Source of the DNA: Callorhinchus milii
Taxonomy: Eukaryota
Direction: 5' to 3'
Length of the DNA: 64,000 nt
Assembly: GCF_018977255.1 (NCBI RefSeq)
Contig: NW_024704760.1
Span: 310,001 to 374,000, forward strand
Shown here piece after piece: positions 34,386 through 46,500 of this stretch. Below the pieces are notes generated by a model. The model saw only the letters and a program-made list of their open reading frames with translations, did not search any database and was not told the origin of the DNA. The position numbers and the translations under genes were made by a program. Position 1 is the stretch's first letter. Each line of letters begins with the position of its first letter.

Positions 34386-34756
34386 TGGGATGCCGGGATG
34401 GGGATGGGGATGTGATGCCGGGATGGGGATGGGGATGGGATGCCGGGATGGGGATGGGATGCCGGGATGGGGATGGGGATGTGATGCCGGGATGGGATGG
34501 GATGCCGGGATGGGGTGGGATGCCGGGATGGGGATGGGGATGGATGCCGGGATGGGGATGGGATGGGATGCCGGGATGGGGCTGGGATGCCGGGATGGGG
34601 ATGGGGATGGGATGCCGGGATGGGGATGGGATGCCGGGATGGGGATGGGGATGGGATGCCGGGATGGGGATGGGATGCCGGGATGGGGATGGGATGCCGG
34701 GATGGGGATGTGATGCCGGGATGAGGATGGGGCTGGGATGCCGGGATGGGGATGGG
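34386..34756. repeat. G-rich repeat of GGGAT/GGGGAT/GGGATGCC units
   Basis: Visible array with many G3-G4 runs. Confidence 0.95.
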
Positions 34757-34766
34757 AGCTGCTCAC

Positions 34767-34860
34767 CTGCTGCTGGTCCTGATGCTGCGGGAAGCGGCAC
34801 TGATCCGCCCAGAGGCGCGCCGGGTCCTAGCGCCGCCCGCGTTTCCTGTTGGAGAAAACC
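34767..34860 (-). promoter_or_regulatory. GPR61: Candidate non-coding first exon / CpG-rich promoter of GPR61
   Basis: Strong donor CAG|gtgagc (ctcac at 34762-34766 on +) next to a CpG-rich patch (gcggcac...ggcgcgccgg...cgccgcccgcg). Would splice to the acceptor at 30588. Confidence 0.5.
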
Positions 34861-36892
34861 AGGAAAATAATCAATCCAGGGATGGAGGGGGGGGGGGGGG
34901 GGGCTGTGCTAATCCATATTTATAACTAAAATGTCCTGATTGTGACCCTCGTCAACGCCCACGCAAAGTGTCTGATCGAGCAGCGAGAGAGAGAGAGACA
35001 GTGTGTTTGTGAGAGAGAAGATGGGTTTCATATTATCTTTGCGAATCTGCCCATAATAACAACAACAACAACAAGATAATAATAATCCTTGCATTTGATA
35101 TAGCGCCTTTTCACGTTGGGAGGACGTCCCAAAGCGCTGGACAGTGTACGGTGGACACTGCGGTCTGTGTCTCTAAATCACCTTCTTGTCTTGTTAGCCA
35201 CACTTACCCGCTCTTTCCCCGTGTCCGGATGTTTTACACACACACTAATGCCACCCATTGAGTCGTTCGTTCACTACATTGGCTGTTTGCAGGACGTCAC
35301 TGTGCGCAAACGGCCTGCCACGTTTGCCTACCGAATGCACCGTCACTACACTTTACAGTAAATCCTGTGAAGCAAGAGCGTTGAGACTTCTGGGGGGAAA
35401 TATCAAATGCAAGGATTACGTTATTATTAATGGGTGAGGGATTTCTACCTATTTAGGCTCAGGTGTAGGGTTGATCCCTGTGTTGTGTGTCGGGGATCTC
35501 ACTATAGTGTGTAACAATACGGTCAGATGTCCGAGCAGTGACGGTCCTCGATGCCTTGAAGTTTCAGGTATAAAGTTGCTATTTTGGGAGCAATATTGCT
35601 GCTGCCTGATGTCACCGTTTCCCCCCCCCCCACATACACATCGCACCCCCCCAACATTATACCCCCCCACACACATACACACTGCCCCCCACACTATACC
35701 CTCACACACATACACACCGCCCCACCACAGTATACCCCCCCACATGCATACACACCACCCCCCTCATAGTATACCCCCCCACATGCATACACAACGACCC
35801 CCCACAGTATACCCCTCACACACATACACACTGTCCTCCCACACTATACCCTCCATACGCATACACATCACCCCCACCCCACCCCCACTTTCCTGTTAGT
35901 GTAATGGCAGCCCCTTGGGACGCCCCTTGTGATATGAAAGGCGCTCTGTAAATAAAAGTTGTTGTAATGTGGCCACTATGCTGTCCCGGACACCCACGGG
36001 GACCACATATACTTCATTGAGTTTAGCAAAGTTTCCACAGAATGGGTAAGGCAAGATTTCCTTAACCCTCATCTCTAACCACTCGCCACTAACTAAACGC
36101 TCTGAGTAAATCGCTCCGAGACCCTGCCTTGCCTCAAGGCCGCTTGATAATACAAGTTGTTGTTGTTGTAAATTTCTTACCTCAACCCACGCCCCAATCT
36201 CTAGCCCCAACTAACCCCAGACCCTAAGTGGTTGAGTTAGTGTAAGGATATTTCCGTGACTGTCCTGCCTCTGAGCTATGTGTGCCGTGTGTGTGTGCGG
36301 GGGCTTGCTGTGTGTGTGCATGTGTGTGTGCGTGGGGAGGAGTGGGGGTTGCTGTGTGTGTGTGTGTGTGTGTATGGGGTGCTGTGTGTGGGGGGGGGGG
36401 TGCGGGGGGGGCTGTGTGTTTGTGTGTGTGTGTGTGTTACAGCCTGGGTTTGGGATACTGCCCGCTCACTGTGGGTTGGGGAGCAAGGCTTTGGGAAGGA
36501 GCAGCCTGTCTCACAGCGACACTCAGCTCCAGCTTTAGCTCCAGCTCTAGCTGCTGGGACCCGGGCTGGGACTGCGTGTCTCTACTGTCAATTAAACTTC
36601 AAATGAATCATTGAGCAATTAGACGCCTCTCTGGAATAAACCAGGGCTGTAGAGAATCGTCTTGGTAAGTTAATTGGAGCTGCTTCGCGTGCAGACAATT
36701 CCAATTACTTTTCACAATGAAAGCACTGGGATCTGGGTTTCCTTTCTCTGCAGTGTGAGGTCAAGAGTTACACCGGCCAGTGAGATGGTGTATGCACATG
36801 AGGGTTTTAGGGTTAGGGTCTGGGGTTAGTGTTATATTGGATGGATGTTGGAGCAATGTGGTCGCACCCTTGGTGTTGTCTGTACAGAACCG

Positions 36893-37213
36893 TATAATAA
36901 TAATAATCCTTGGATTTGATTTAGCGCTTTTCATGTCGGGAGGACTTCCCAAAGCACTTCACAGAACACACTGTAAAGTGAATTGACTGTATATTTGTGG
37001 GCGAACGCGGCAGCCAATTGCGCACAGCAATGTCCCACAAACAGTCGTGGATTGAAAATGACCAATTTATTATTGTTTTTGGTTTTGGAGGGATTATTAT
37101 TAGGCTCTGTGTGGAGTAAGGAAACTTGCCCAAGGTTTCGCCCTCTGCCTGGAATTGAACTCAGGTCTCTCACTTGCAAAGCGAGTGCTCTAACCACTGA
37201 GCTACAGGACTCC
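36893..37213 (-). mobile_element. Full-length young tRNA-head SINE (subfamily B)
   Basis: Reverse complement of GGAGTCCTGTAGCTCAGTGGTTAGAGCACTCGCTTTGCAAGTGAG...aagcgctaaatcaaat...(att)n. Confidence 0.9.
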
Positions 37214-37215
37214 AC

Positions 37216-37571
37216 AAATGTAGTGCCTTATCAAGTCTTCGAGACGTCTCAAAGCGCTTCACAGAATATACTGTAAAGCGAATTCACTGTATTTTGTGTG
37301 CGAAACATGGCAGCTAATCGCACACAGCAGCGTCCCACAAACAGTCGTGCTTTGAGTGACCAAATTATTATTACTGTATTATACTTCAGGGATTATTACC
37401 CCCGGAAAAGTGATCTATCAATCGACTAATAACTAGGTTCCTACTTAATGTTAGATAAACAGAGGTGTGTGTGTGCGTGTGGAGTAAGGAAGGTTGACCA
37501 ACATTTTGCCCCTCCCAGGAATCAAACCCATGACCTCTCGCTTGTGAGGCGAGTGCCCAGGCTGTGACCAC
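37216..37571 (-). mobile_element. Older tRNA-head SINE directly abutting the young copy
   Basis: Diverged head (ctcgcCTCACAAgcgag...ggtttgattcc), ~70 bp of extra internal sequence, same body. Its (att)n tail is interrupted by the 36893-37213 copy. Confidence 0.75.
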
Positions 37572-38530
37572 CTCCCCACACACACGCTCCTAGCAAACGT
37601 GATGATTAGTGAAGGGCTCACATGTGGCTGTCCCTTTAAGGGCTTTATCTTTTGATGTATGATCTTTTGATGCTTTTGATCTTTATTTAACTCAAACCTG
37701 GTAGTGAATGCACTTTAATGTAGCTGTTGTTTCAATTAAATAAATTAAATATTGCAGTTAGTTACAGGTGAAATGTTACAGCACAACACCCCGTTTATTA
37801 AACTTTTACCTTTTTCTGTTTACTTTATGTTTACCTTTTTGGGGTAAATTGTTTTTGTGCTCCGGGTTTAATTCAGGATATTTCTTCCTAACAAATGTGT
37901 AATGATGGGATTCCAAACCATGGAACGTGATATTGGAATTGAGTCTTTATCCTGTGAGGGGGTGAGGGTGGGGAATGGACCACCTGAACAGATGTTGGGA
38001 GTGTGGGGGGGGGGAGATTGTGTTATCAAAGTCCAGAGGGAATTCAGTAGTGACTTGGTAAAGATAGCAATACATGTTTCCTCTTTGCCTGTCACTAAAA
38101 ATACCAACTGCGGAAAATCCTTTAATAGCAAACAGTAAATTAACTGGGAAGCAATGAATGAAGAACAGGAAGTATAAACAGGGATTGTGGGAGAACAACT
38201 GAGGTGGGTTTATGGTTGGAGAGTTAACAGCGGAGAATAATATGTTGTGGGTTGAGAATCATTACAGCAGCCACCCAAGTTGAAGTGAGCTGCACTGAGT
38301 CCCTGTCATCCATTCCTGTAGCGGAATCTGTCAGCAGTGTGTAGTTAGTGCTTGACGTAGGCCAATCCCACTGTTCCCAGGCTCTCCTCTTGCCCTGTGT
38401 TTGTGCCATGTTTATATCCACTGAACCACCCGAATATAGTGTAAATCCACTTTACAGCGATCCCGTGAAGCGCTTTGAGACGTCTCGAAGACGTGAAAAC
38501 CCTGTATCAAATGCAAGGATTATTTATTAC

Positions 38531-38563
38531 CCGCAGTGTTACCGGGAACCACCAGAGGGCGAC
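38531..38563 (+). promoter_or_regulatory. Candidate CTCF site with upstream motif
   Basis: Core CCACCAGAGGGCGAC (38549-38563) preceded by CCGCAGTGT (38531-38539). Confidence 0.6.
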
Positions 38564-38764
38564 ATGATCCTACACCAGTTTCCATGTTTCCAACATTGAC
38601 GTTCGCCTGAAATTGCTCTTCAGCCTTAAGACCATTGTATTAATATTTCTGAATGTGTAGATTTTGGAACATTCCTATATTTGATCAATCAAATCTTAAT
38701 TTGGAAGCTGTGTTTCTTCACTGAGTAATATTCTATCCCCCATCTGACAGTCCAGTTATTCGTA

Positions 38765-38925
38765 ACAGATGTTAAACCGAGCTCCGCACCTGCCCGTTCA
38801 GTTGGACATTAAAGATCCTGTTGAAGGGAGTTTCTCCTGGTGACTTAGCCAACAATCCCCAGATAAAGTCCCCAGAACCTGGGCCCTCTCGCTTGCGAGG
38901 CGAGCGCTCTAACCACTACACTACA
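38765..38925. mobile_element. Deu-SINE fragment (+) joined to an inverted SINE tRNA head (-)
   Basis: gatgttaaaccgag...ggacattaaagatcc...aatccccagataaa, followed by the reverse complement of tgtagtgtagtggttagagcgctcgcCTCGCAAgcgagaggg. Confidence 0.65.
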
Positions 38926-39779
38926 TATAGTATATACTTTCACTCATGTCCTTCACTCACCCTTGTTGCCTGTTGTCTCTCTGACAATCCTGGCTTGTGG
39001 CAGGAGGAGTATTCCATATGTTAATTTGTTCATCAAGTCAGTTTCATCTTGTTTAGCTGCTGGACTCTGGGCAAACAATGCTGTTGAGAAACGTGGCCTA
39101 TTTGGGCACGGAAAGGCCCAGTGACATAAAGCCAATTATACCCGGTGTCAGCCAGGAGAATTATTGTCTGATACTAATCGTGTAACTTATCTGCAGTGTG
39201 GCTGTAAGGGAGAGACGAATGGGGGGAGGGGGGAGCGTCACTGCTCACACTCGAGACTTCCACTCACTGCTGGAAGTGAATTCAATGTTCTAACCATCAC
39301 ATCAAACCTGTTAGGGTTCCCTCCCCGCCCCGCCTCCTCCTACCCCCACTCCCTGTGGATCAGTAGGTGTTACCACCTCTGGAGGCACCTGCAGGGTTTG
39401 TCTCTGGCTGATAAGGTTTGGCTCAGAGAAGCTCCTCCAGCATCAGAACTCAATACTCCCATCCTTCAGTGTGACTGAGCCTGTCACCCTGTGTGGCTGG
39501 GGGGTGGGGGTGGGAGTGGGGAGAGGGGGGGGGGGTTGGTACTGGTCACCATAGAAACAGACACTTACACTAAGAGGCTTCATGTTGCTCTCAGTCTCGG
39601 GCAGAATTCACTCTCACATTTCTCTGGCTCACTGCTGATAATGGACAGGCATGGGCTGGGCGGGTTCTCTCTGCCCCTAGGCCTCCTTGTTGGCTATGAA
39701 CTCGATATGAATTAAACTTTTAATATGGTGAAGATCTTTAAGCGCCTTGAGATGTCCTCTCGACATGTCAGTGAATGTA

Positions 39780-40137
39780 GTCTAAACTGATGCTCCAGTG
39801 CAGTGCTGCAGGAGTTCTGCATTGTCGGAGGTGCCATTCTTTGGATGAGATGTTAAACTAAGGTCCCGTCTGCCTGTTCAAGTGGACGTTAGTTCCCGCA
39901 GCGCTATTCGAAAAGAGCAGGGAGATTCTCTCTCCTGGTGTCTGGGCCACCAATCCCCCAAATAAAATTGGTTGCTCAATCCATGGCTGTTTGTGGGACA
40001 TTGCTGTGTGCAACTGGCTACCACGTTTTGCCCATAAAACACAGTCACTCCACTTTAGAATGCATCCTGTGAAGCGCTTTGAGACGTCGCGATGATGTGA
40101 TAAGTCGCTGTATCAAATGTAAGGATTTATTATTATT
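39780..40137 (+). mobile_element. Near-complete old Deu-domain SINE body and tail
   Basis: gctccagtgcagtgctg...ctgcattgtcggaggtgcc...ggatgagatgttaaac...gtggacgtt...aaagagcagggag...gctgtttgtgggacattgctgtg...gaagcgctttgagacgtc...tatcaaatgtaagg(att)n. Confidence 0.85.
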
Positions 40138-43044
40138 AAACTGTATTGTATAACTGAAGGAATATTTTCAATACAATTTACATTTACAGAGCGCCTTGCA
40201 TGTCGGGAGGACTTTTCACAGCACTTGAAACAAACAAACTATAATGCGAGGTAATAGGATGAAACATTATGTGCTGACAGGGTTGATGCGATGGTTAGAG
40301 CATTGAATTGATTAGTTGTCGGAATGGCTTAGTTGGCAGCATTTTTATCTCTGGGTCAGAAGATTCAACCTTATTAATCAGAACTTGAGCTTCTAGTCTA
40401 GGTTTAAAACTCAATGTCACACTTCTGGGACAGTCAGTGAGAAACATGGCCTTAATATGCAAGTGTTAATTAACTGGCTGTGTTTAGTGAGCGTCAAAAC
40501 TACTGAGGACAGAGTCACAGCCCTGAGAGAGAGGGGGGCGGGAGTGGGTGAGCTGGTATTATCTGGGGAGCGGAGACATTAATTAATGTGTAATTGTTGC
40601 TGAAGCGGTGAATTAATTTATAAACTCTTGCCAGGTGATTGAGCTGAAACCTACAGATTATTGGGCTAGTTTAGTTGGGAAGCTGCTGCTGCTTATTTTA
40701 AGCATAAAAGGGTTTGTTTGGGTTTGGCTCACACGCATTGGCCGGGTGATCTACAGCGCTCCGTGTACACAGTGATTGAGCAGTCAGTGAGGCACCACAC
40801 TGATAGCACTGGAACTCAATGTCTGCAACAACAACAACAAGAAGCAGCACTTGTGTAACGCCTTTCCTGTCGGGTTGACATCCCAAATTGCTGGACCACA
40901 GGGAGGGGACGGGAGGAGAGCAGAGGATAGGAGAGGGGACAGTCAGCAGGAGATGGGCTGATAGTAACACAGTCGGATGCAAATTGTTTCAGTCCTCTCT
41001 CCTGTGCGGATATCAAGTGGTAATGCTACAAAGTTAACAGAACCCAAACAGGTCATTCCTCTGCCCATCAGAGTCTGTCTGGCTCCATTTGTTCTCTTTG
41101 TGATTATCTTAAATGTGTGTAAGTTGTGGTACACTGGACAGATGTAACTTGTTTTTGTGTGACACAATAAGAGATCATTACCACTGGTCGTGGGCAAGAA
41201 GTGGAGCCCAGTGAGGAGCCTCAGGGTAACAGTGGGGAGAGAATGTTCAGAGTCCACTGCGATGTGCAGGACAACGACTACAACTCATAATTAACAACTA
41301 ATGATTAACTCTAGCCAGCAGACAGCAAACCTGTTAGTGCAGGTCAGTTATCAGCCCCTGCCCCCCCACCCCCACATCATACATATACATGCACACACAC
41401 GTGCACACACATACTCACACACATCTGCACACACATGTGCGTACATATGCACACACACATACACACACTTCCCAGTCAGTCGCACACCTCATACATACTT
41501 GAACGCACTCACACTTGCTTGTATGCTCATGTACATTTGTGCACACACACACATACGAACACGCACATACACACATATACGCATACGCACGCACATGTGT
41601 AAAATCAATCAGTTCTATTTTAATTTCACAAAATGCAGCTCAGAGAGAGGCTTTGATCTCAGTCAAACCCATGTTGTTGTGAAGGAGGGAGGTTTCCCTA
41701 CAGCCAATCTCTCTGCTGTCCAGCTCTCACCACAGCCATAACCAGCTCATTAAAGTTGCATTACTGCCTCGCTCACATCTCCTGCACTTTGTCATCAATA
41801 ATTCATCTCAAAACAAGCAGACTGACGAGGGAACAAATGAACCCTGGGCGTGATTAATCCTTTCCAACCTGACACCTTTCCCGAAAAAAGGAAAACAACA
41901 TTGGGAAAGGGATTGACTCAGGGAAGGCAACATTCAGTGTGCGAGATAGAGAACGCTGTGTTCAGATATATCAGAACAATAATAATCTGTGCATTTGATA
42001 TAGAACCTTATCACGTCATTCAGACGATTCAAAACACTTCACAGAATATACTGTAAAGTGTAGTAACTGTGTATTGTGGTTGAAATATATATACAATATA
42101 TATGCTGGGAGCACTGGGCAGCATTGACTAGATGCAGGGCCTTTACACAGCCCTGACTTGCTCCTGGGAAGAGTTCAAGTATTTCTTTCATGACATAATC
42201 ACACTTGATTATGAAGTCGGCCTGAGAGCTGTGAACTGCCGAGATGTGTTTCACACACATGAGAAGTGCTGTCGACAGCTGTAGAGACCTGAATAAATAC
42301 ATTTACATCATTGTTCAGTGTTCAACACTGACATGGAAAATAATCTGATTTCCATTGGGCGTCAGTTCATTCACTCAACCATCCTGTCATCTGCAATTTA
42401 TCAGCCATGTTTCCAAAGTGATGGAGCGAGAGGGTGGGGGGTGGGAGGGTTCAAGGAGGCTTCAGATGGCAAATGTGGCAGCGAATAGAAATGATTCCTA
42501 ATAATCCTTATATTTGATAAAATGCCTTTCACATCGGGAGGACCTCTCAAAGCTATTCACGGATTCACTGTCAAGTGTAGTGACTGTGTAGTGTCACTGT
42601 GTGTATATCTGTGCGCGTCTGTGTGTGTGCGTCTGTGGAGAAGGTTCAGCAGCAGAAGGTTCAATACAGTGTGCAGCCCTGCTACAGTGTGCAGGGGTCA
42701 CAGTGTGTGGAGTCAAAGATACCTTGTACCTTATCTCATTGTGTTATCCAACCACACAATGTTCACCAGCGTAGAGATGTCACATAGGACGTGCTACATT
42801 GCCAAGCAAAGTGTTTCACAGATGTGAGAGAGAGAGAGGGAGAACAGGGAGACAGAAGGGAGGAGGATTTAGTCAGATGAATGAACGCACAAGCCAACCA
42901 GTGTAATACTGCTCCAGTGATGGATTAGGAGGGCTCATAAATACAGCTATTTCTGGGAAGGCATAAAACCAGGCTGGAACCAGCGTTCTCTCAGCAAGTT
43001 CTTGTCTCTAGGCAACTCACATATTGCAACTAACGTATTGCAGC

Positions 43045-43530
43045 TAACCCTCGCTCGCCTCCACTGGCTCCCCATCCACCAGAGGATCGATTTCAAGATC
43101 CTCATCCTCACCTACAAGGCCATTCACGGCCTCGCTCCCCCCTACCTCTCTGACCTACTATCCCCCTACCTATCTGCCCGTACCCTCCGTTCCTCTGGCT
43201 CCGGTCTGCTCCACATCCCCCGCCCCAACCGCCCTACCATCGGTAGCCGGGCCTTCAGCCTCTCAGCCCCTAAGCTCTGGAACTCTATCCCCCAGTGCCT
43301 TCGCTGCTTCCACCCTTTCCTCCTTCAAGGCCGGTCTCGAGACCTTTCTCTTTGACCGAGCCTTCAGCTCCCCTCTTGACTCTCTACCCCCTCCTCGCTC
43401 CCTCCCTTCCCTCCCCTCACCCTGACCATTTCCCCCCAATGCTCGGGTCCTGACCCAACTGTACAGCGCCTTGAGACGTCCTCCTGACGTGAAAGGCGCT
43501 CTATAAATGGAATCTTGTTGTTGTTGTTGC
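43045..43530 (+). mobile_element. L2 LINE 3' fragment, relatively well preserved
   Basis: LARLHWLPIHQRIDFKILILTYKAIHGLAPPYLSDLL..RTLRSS..GSRAFSLSAPKLWNSIP. 3' tail cagcgccttgagacgtcctcctgacgtgaaaggcgctctataaat..(ttg)n. Confidence 0.92.
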
Positions 43531-46500
43531 ATGGAAACCAGTTGTTGGTTCATTTAATAAAGATAATGAAATCCAGGGTGATTTATTTTTACAATATATT
43601 CCACCGTTTGATTAGAAATTAACCCCTCAACATCTCAAAGGAAAGTTTAACATGAAAGTGAGTTAAACTAAATTTATCAACATTAAGTGCTATCAAACCA
43701 GGGCCCGGCTTAGCTCAGTTGGTAGCTGTCTTGTCTGTGAGTTGGAAGATTGTAGGTTTAAGCCTACATCGAGACCTGAGGTGACAGTTTAGCCAGACAC
43801 TCAGCCCTGTGGTGAGAAAGAGCCGTCCTTGGCATCAGATACTTGACTCAAATCCACAACATTGACCTTGACTATCATGAAAATGTGATCAATTTAATGA
43901 CAGAAAATTCCTGGGGCCGAAGAGGTAATTTCAAACCATCGCCCTCCAAATACCAACCTGAGGAACAGAAGAACAGGAGGAGGAGTGTCTGTCTATCTGT
44001 CTCCTAAACAAGCTCATTGACTCAGCCTCCACAGCCTCCAGCCCTGACATTCAGGACCCAAACTCTGACCTTGTGATGGTCTGATTTGATCTGCTGTGAA
44101 CCTTCAATCTGTGCGCTTTTATACATGACTTTGCCCTTGCCTATGATTGGGTTTCCCGCTGTGTGGAGAGTTTGGAGAGTTGGGGTGTGGGGGGGGGGGG
44201 CGTGGGTGTCGGTGGGAGACACTGTAATCCGTCCATCTCCCTCTTTGATGTATGAGTAGCTGCTTTAATCCGGATTTATTGTAAGGAAATTGCCATTGAG
44301 TAAAATCCTGGGATTGCTTAAAATAACAAGAGCAAAGTAATCCTTCTGCAAATCCCTTAGCTTGAGTATAGTGCTCGCTCGCTCTCTCACTCAGAGAACA
44401 TCAGTGCAGCAGAGATTTTACCCGGGGTCACATTACACTCATTTCTGGCTGCATCAATACCTACTGTCCTTGATCTGCACGATTTTATAAAGTCCTCTGG
44501 AACCCTACCCTGAGTGAGGGGCGCTATATTTATGCACCAGGCGTCACCCCTATTTTTAAAAGGTCATTTATTCTCTTCTATAACAAACATATACAGAAAT
44601 ATGCAGACTTACAAATAAGTGTGGAACTGAATGATGGCAAACACAATAACAACTTGCATTTATTTATACAGCACCCCCTCCCGCAGGGTAGCATCCCAGA
44701 GCACTTGAAACACACATGCTCGCGGGCAGTGTCGAACGGGAATGGGATGTGGTGTTTGATGGGGTGAGAGTGCTAGCGTGCAGTGAGGGTAGCATTTGAC
44801 TGGGATTTGCAGAGTGACAGGTGAGAGACTGACTTAAATTTGGTTCAAACTACTTTCTCTTAAGATGCTTAAAGTTTTCATCCTGTCTGTGTGAGCAGGG
44901 TTTACACAGGAGCTCAGTGTATCAGTGAAACTGATTCCAATCCTGCTCAGCGCTAAATCTCACTTGATCTAGCTCTGGTCAGGTAACAGTAACCACTCCT
45001 GGATAATCCCAACTTTCTGTTTCACACTCTATAAACAGTCAGCGATCTGCATTCCAGTGTTTCCATTGACCCGTGCTTTATTCCACCCCCCTAACCGCAC
45101 ACTACCTCTCTGAACTAGACTGAGGTCTAAAATGCAAGATGAATAATAATAATAATCCTGGCATTTGATACAGCGCCTTATCACGTCTTTGAGACGTCTC
45201 AAAGCGCTTCACAGAAATGGTTGGGAAGAGCTCCCAGAGCTTTGATTGTGACTTGATGAAAGCTGCTCCGAAAGGTTAATTTTTCTTTGTTTTGTTCTTG
45301 CTTCTCACTAGTTAATTTGAGCTGTAAGTTTGGAATGACCAGCTGCCTGGTCAGGGCTGCCTGAGTGTGAATGTGTTGGTAAGTGTATAAATCAGGGCTT
45401 GGCTCAGGGTATGTGTGAGTGTCACTGATCTCTGAGGAGTTTCCATGCCAAACCCTTGTGACCAAGTTGATGGATCTGAGTTGTCAGCTGGACACAAATG
45501 CTCTCTTTTATTTAAGACCCAGCTGCCACTGGCCCATTTGTAGATCTGTAAATAAACCTACATTACAGTGCCACATCCTCTGTGTTTATATTGGGTGTCT
45601 GGGGATCGTTACTGAGTGACACAGTGGCCGTGCTTATGTTAGACACTCCCCGAACAACCCACGAAGATTCATCCCACAATGAGGTCCCACAAACACAAAG
45701 TCACTCCCGTGTATCCCGTGAAGCACTTTGAGGCGTCTTTCCCATGTGAAAGGCTCGGTATCAAATGTGAGGATCTGTTGTCTTCAGCTCAGTATCTGAT
45801 ACATTTCACTTTACAATTGCTTTGTAGATATGAGAAAAAGGGTTAATCCAGATCCTGGCTAAACATTTATTCAAAGCCCCATAATGAGCAAGCTTCCAGG
45901 TGTCACAACACATCCTGGTAATTACAGTGTGGAGACCGGTCGCTGGGCTATTCCTGTCTCCAGTTTACGTTTAACACAATCATCCAACAATTTCACAGAA
46001 AGTGGTAACTATTATTGATGGGAGTAAACGGTTCTCATGGACCACAGCTGCCACTGGCCCATTTGCCACACAGTCGTGTCTGTGTGTGCAACTCTCTGTC
46101 AATTACAGGCAACCTATGACATTGAGATCACAGCAATCAATCAGAACCGTCGATCACAGCGATTGATCACCACATTGAATGATCAATTGGAACTGTCAAT
46201 CATAGCCACTGACCAGAGCTGCCAATCAGAGTCATCAATCAGAACCATTGATCATTCAATGACAGGAATGATTGATCAGAATAGCTGCTCACTCCCTGGC
46301 TGGAGAGACAGACATGTGGTGAGAGGCCGATTAGGCTGAGGCCCTGGAAGCCCTCAGTGAAATCACACTGTAGCAAGTCGGTGGCTTGAGGAAAAGAGAG
46401 GGTTAACGATTAGTGGCGTTGATGTCAATGTGATCTGCCAGCCTCAGTGTGACTCCTTCTCTTCAAATTACTTTCTTGTTTTCAACCTGCTCCTGGGCAC

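Noticed and set aside
34765-34792. REST/RE1-like site near the GPR61 first exon (also TTCAGCACC at ~51023)
   Set aside because: Half-site spacing and the right half do not fit TTCAGCACCnnGGACAG.
34156-34870. GMG/WGW/PHP-repeat ORFs on both strands
   Set aside because: Products of the GGGAT array.
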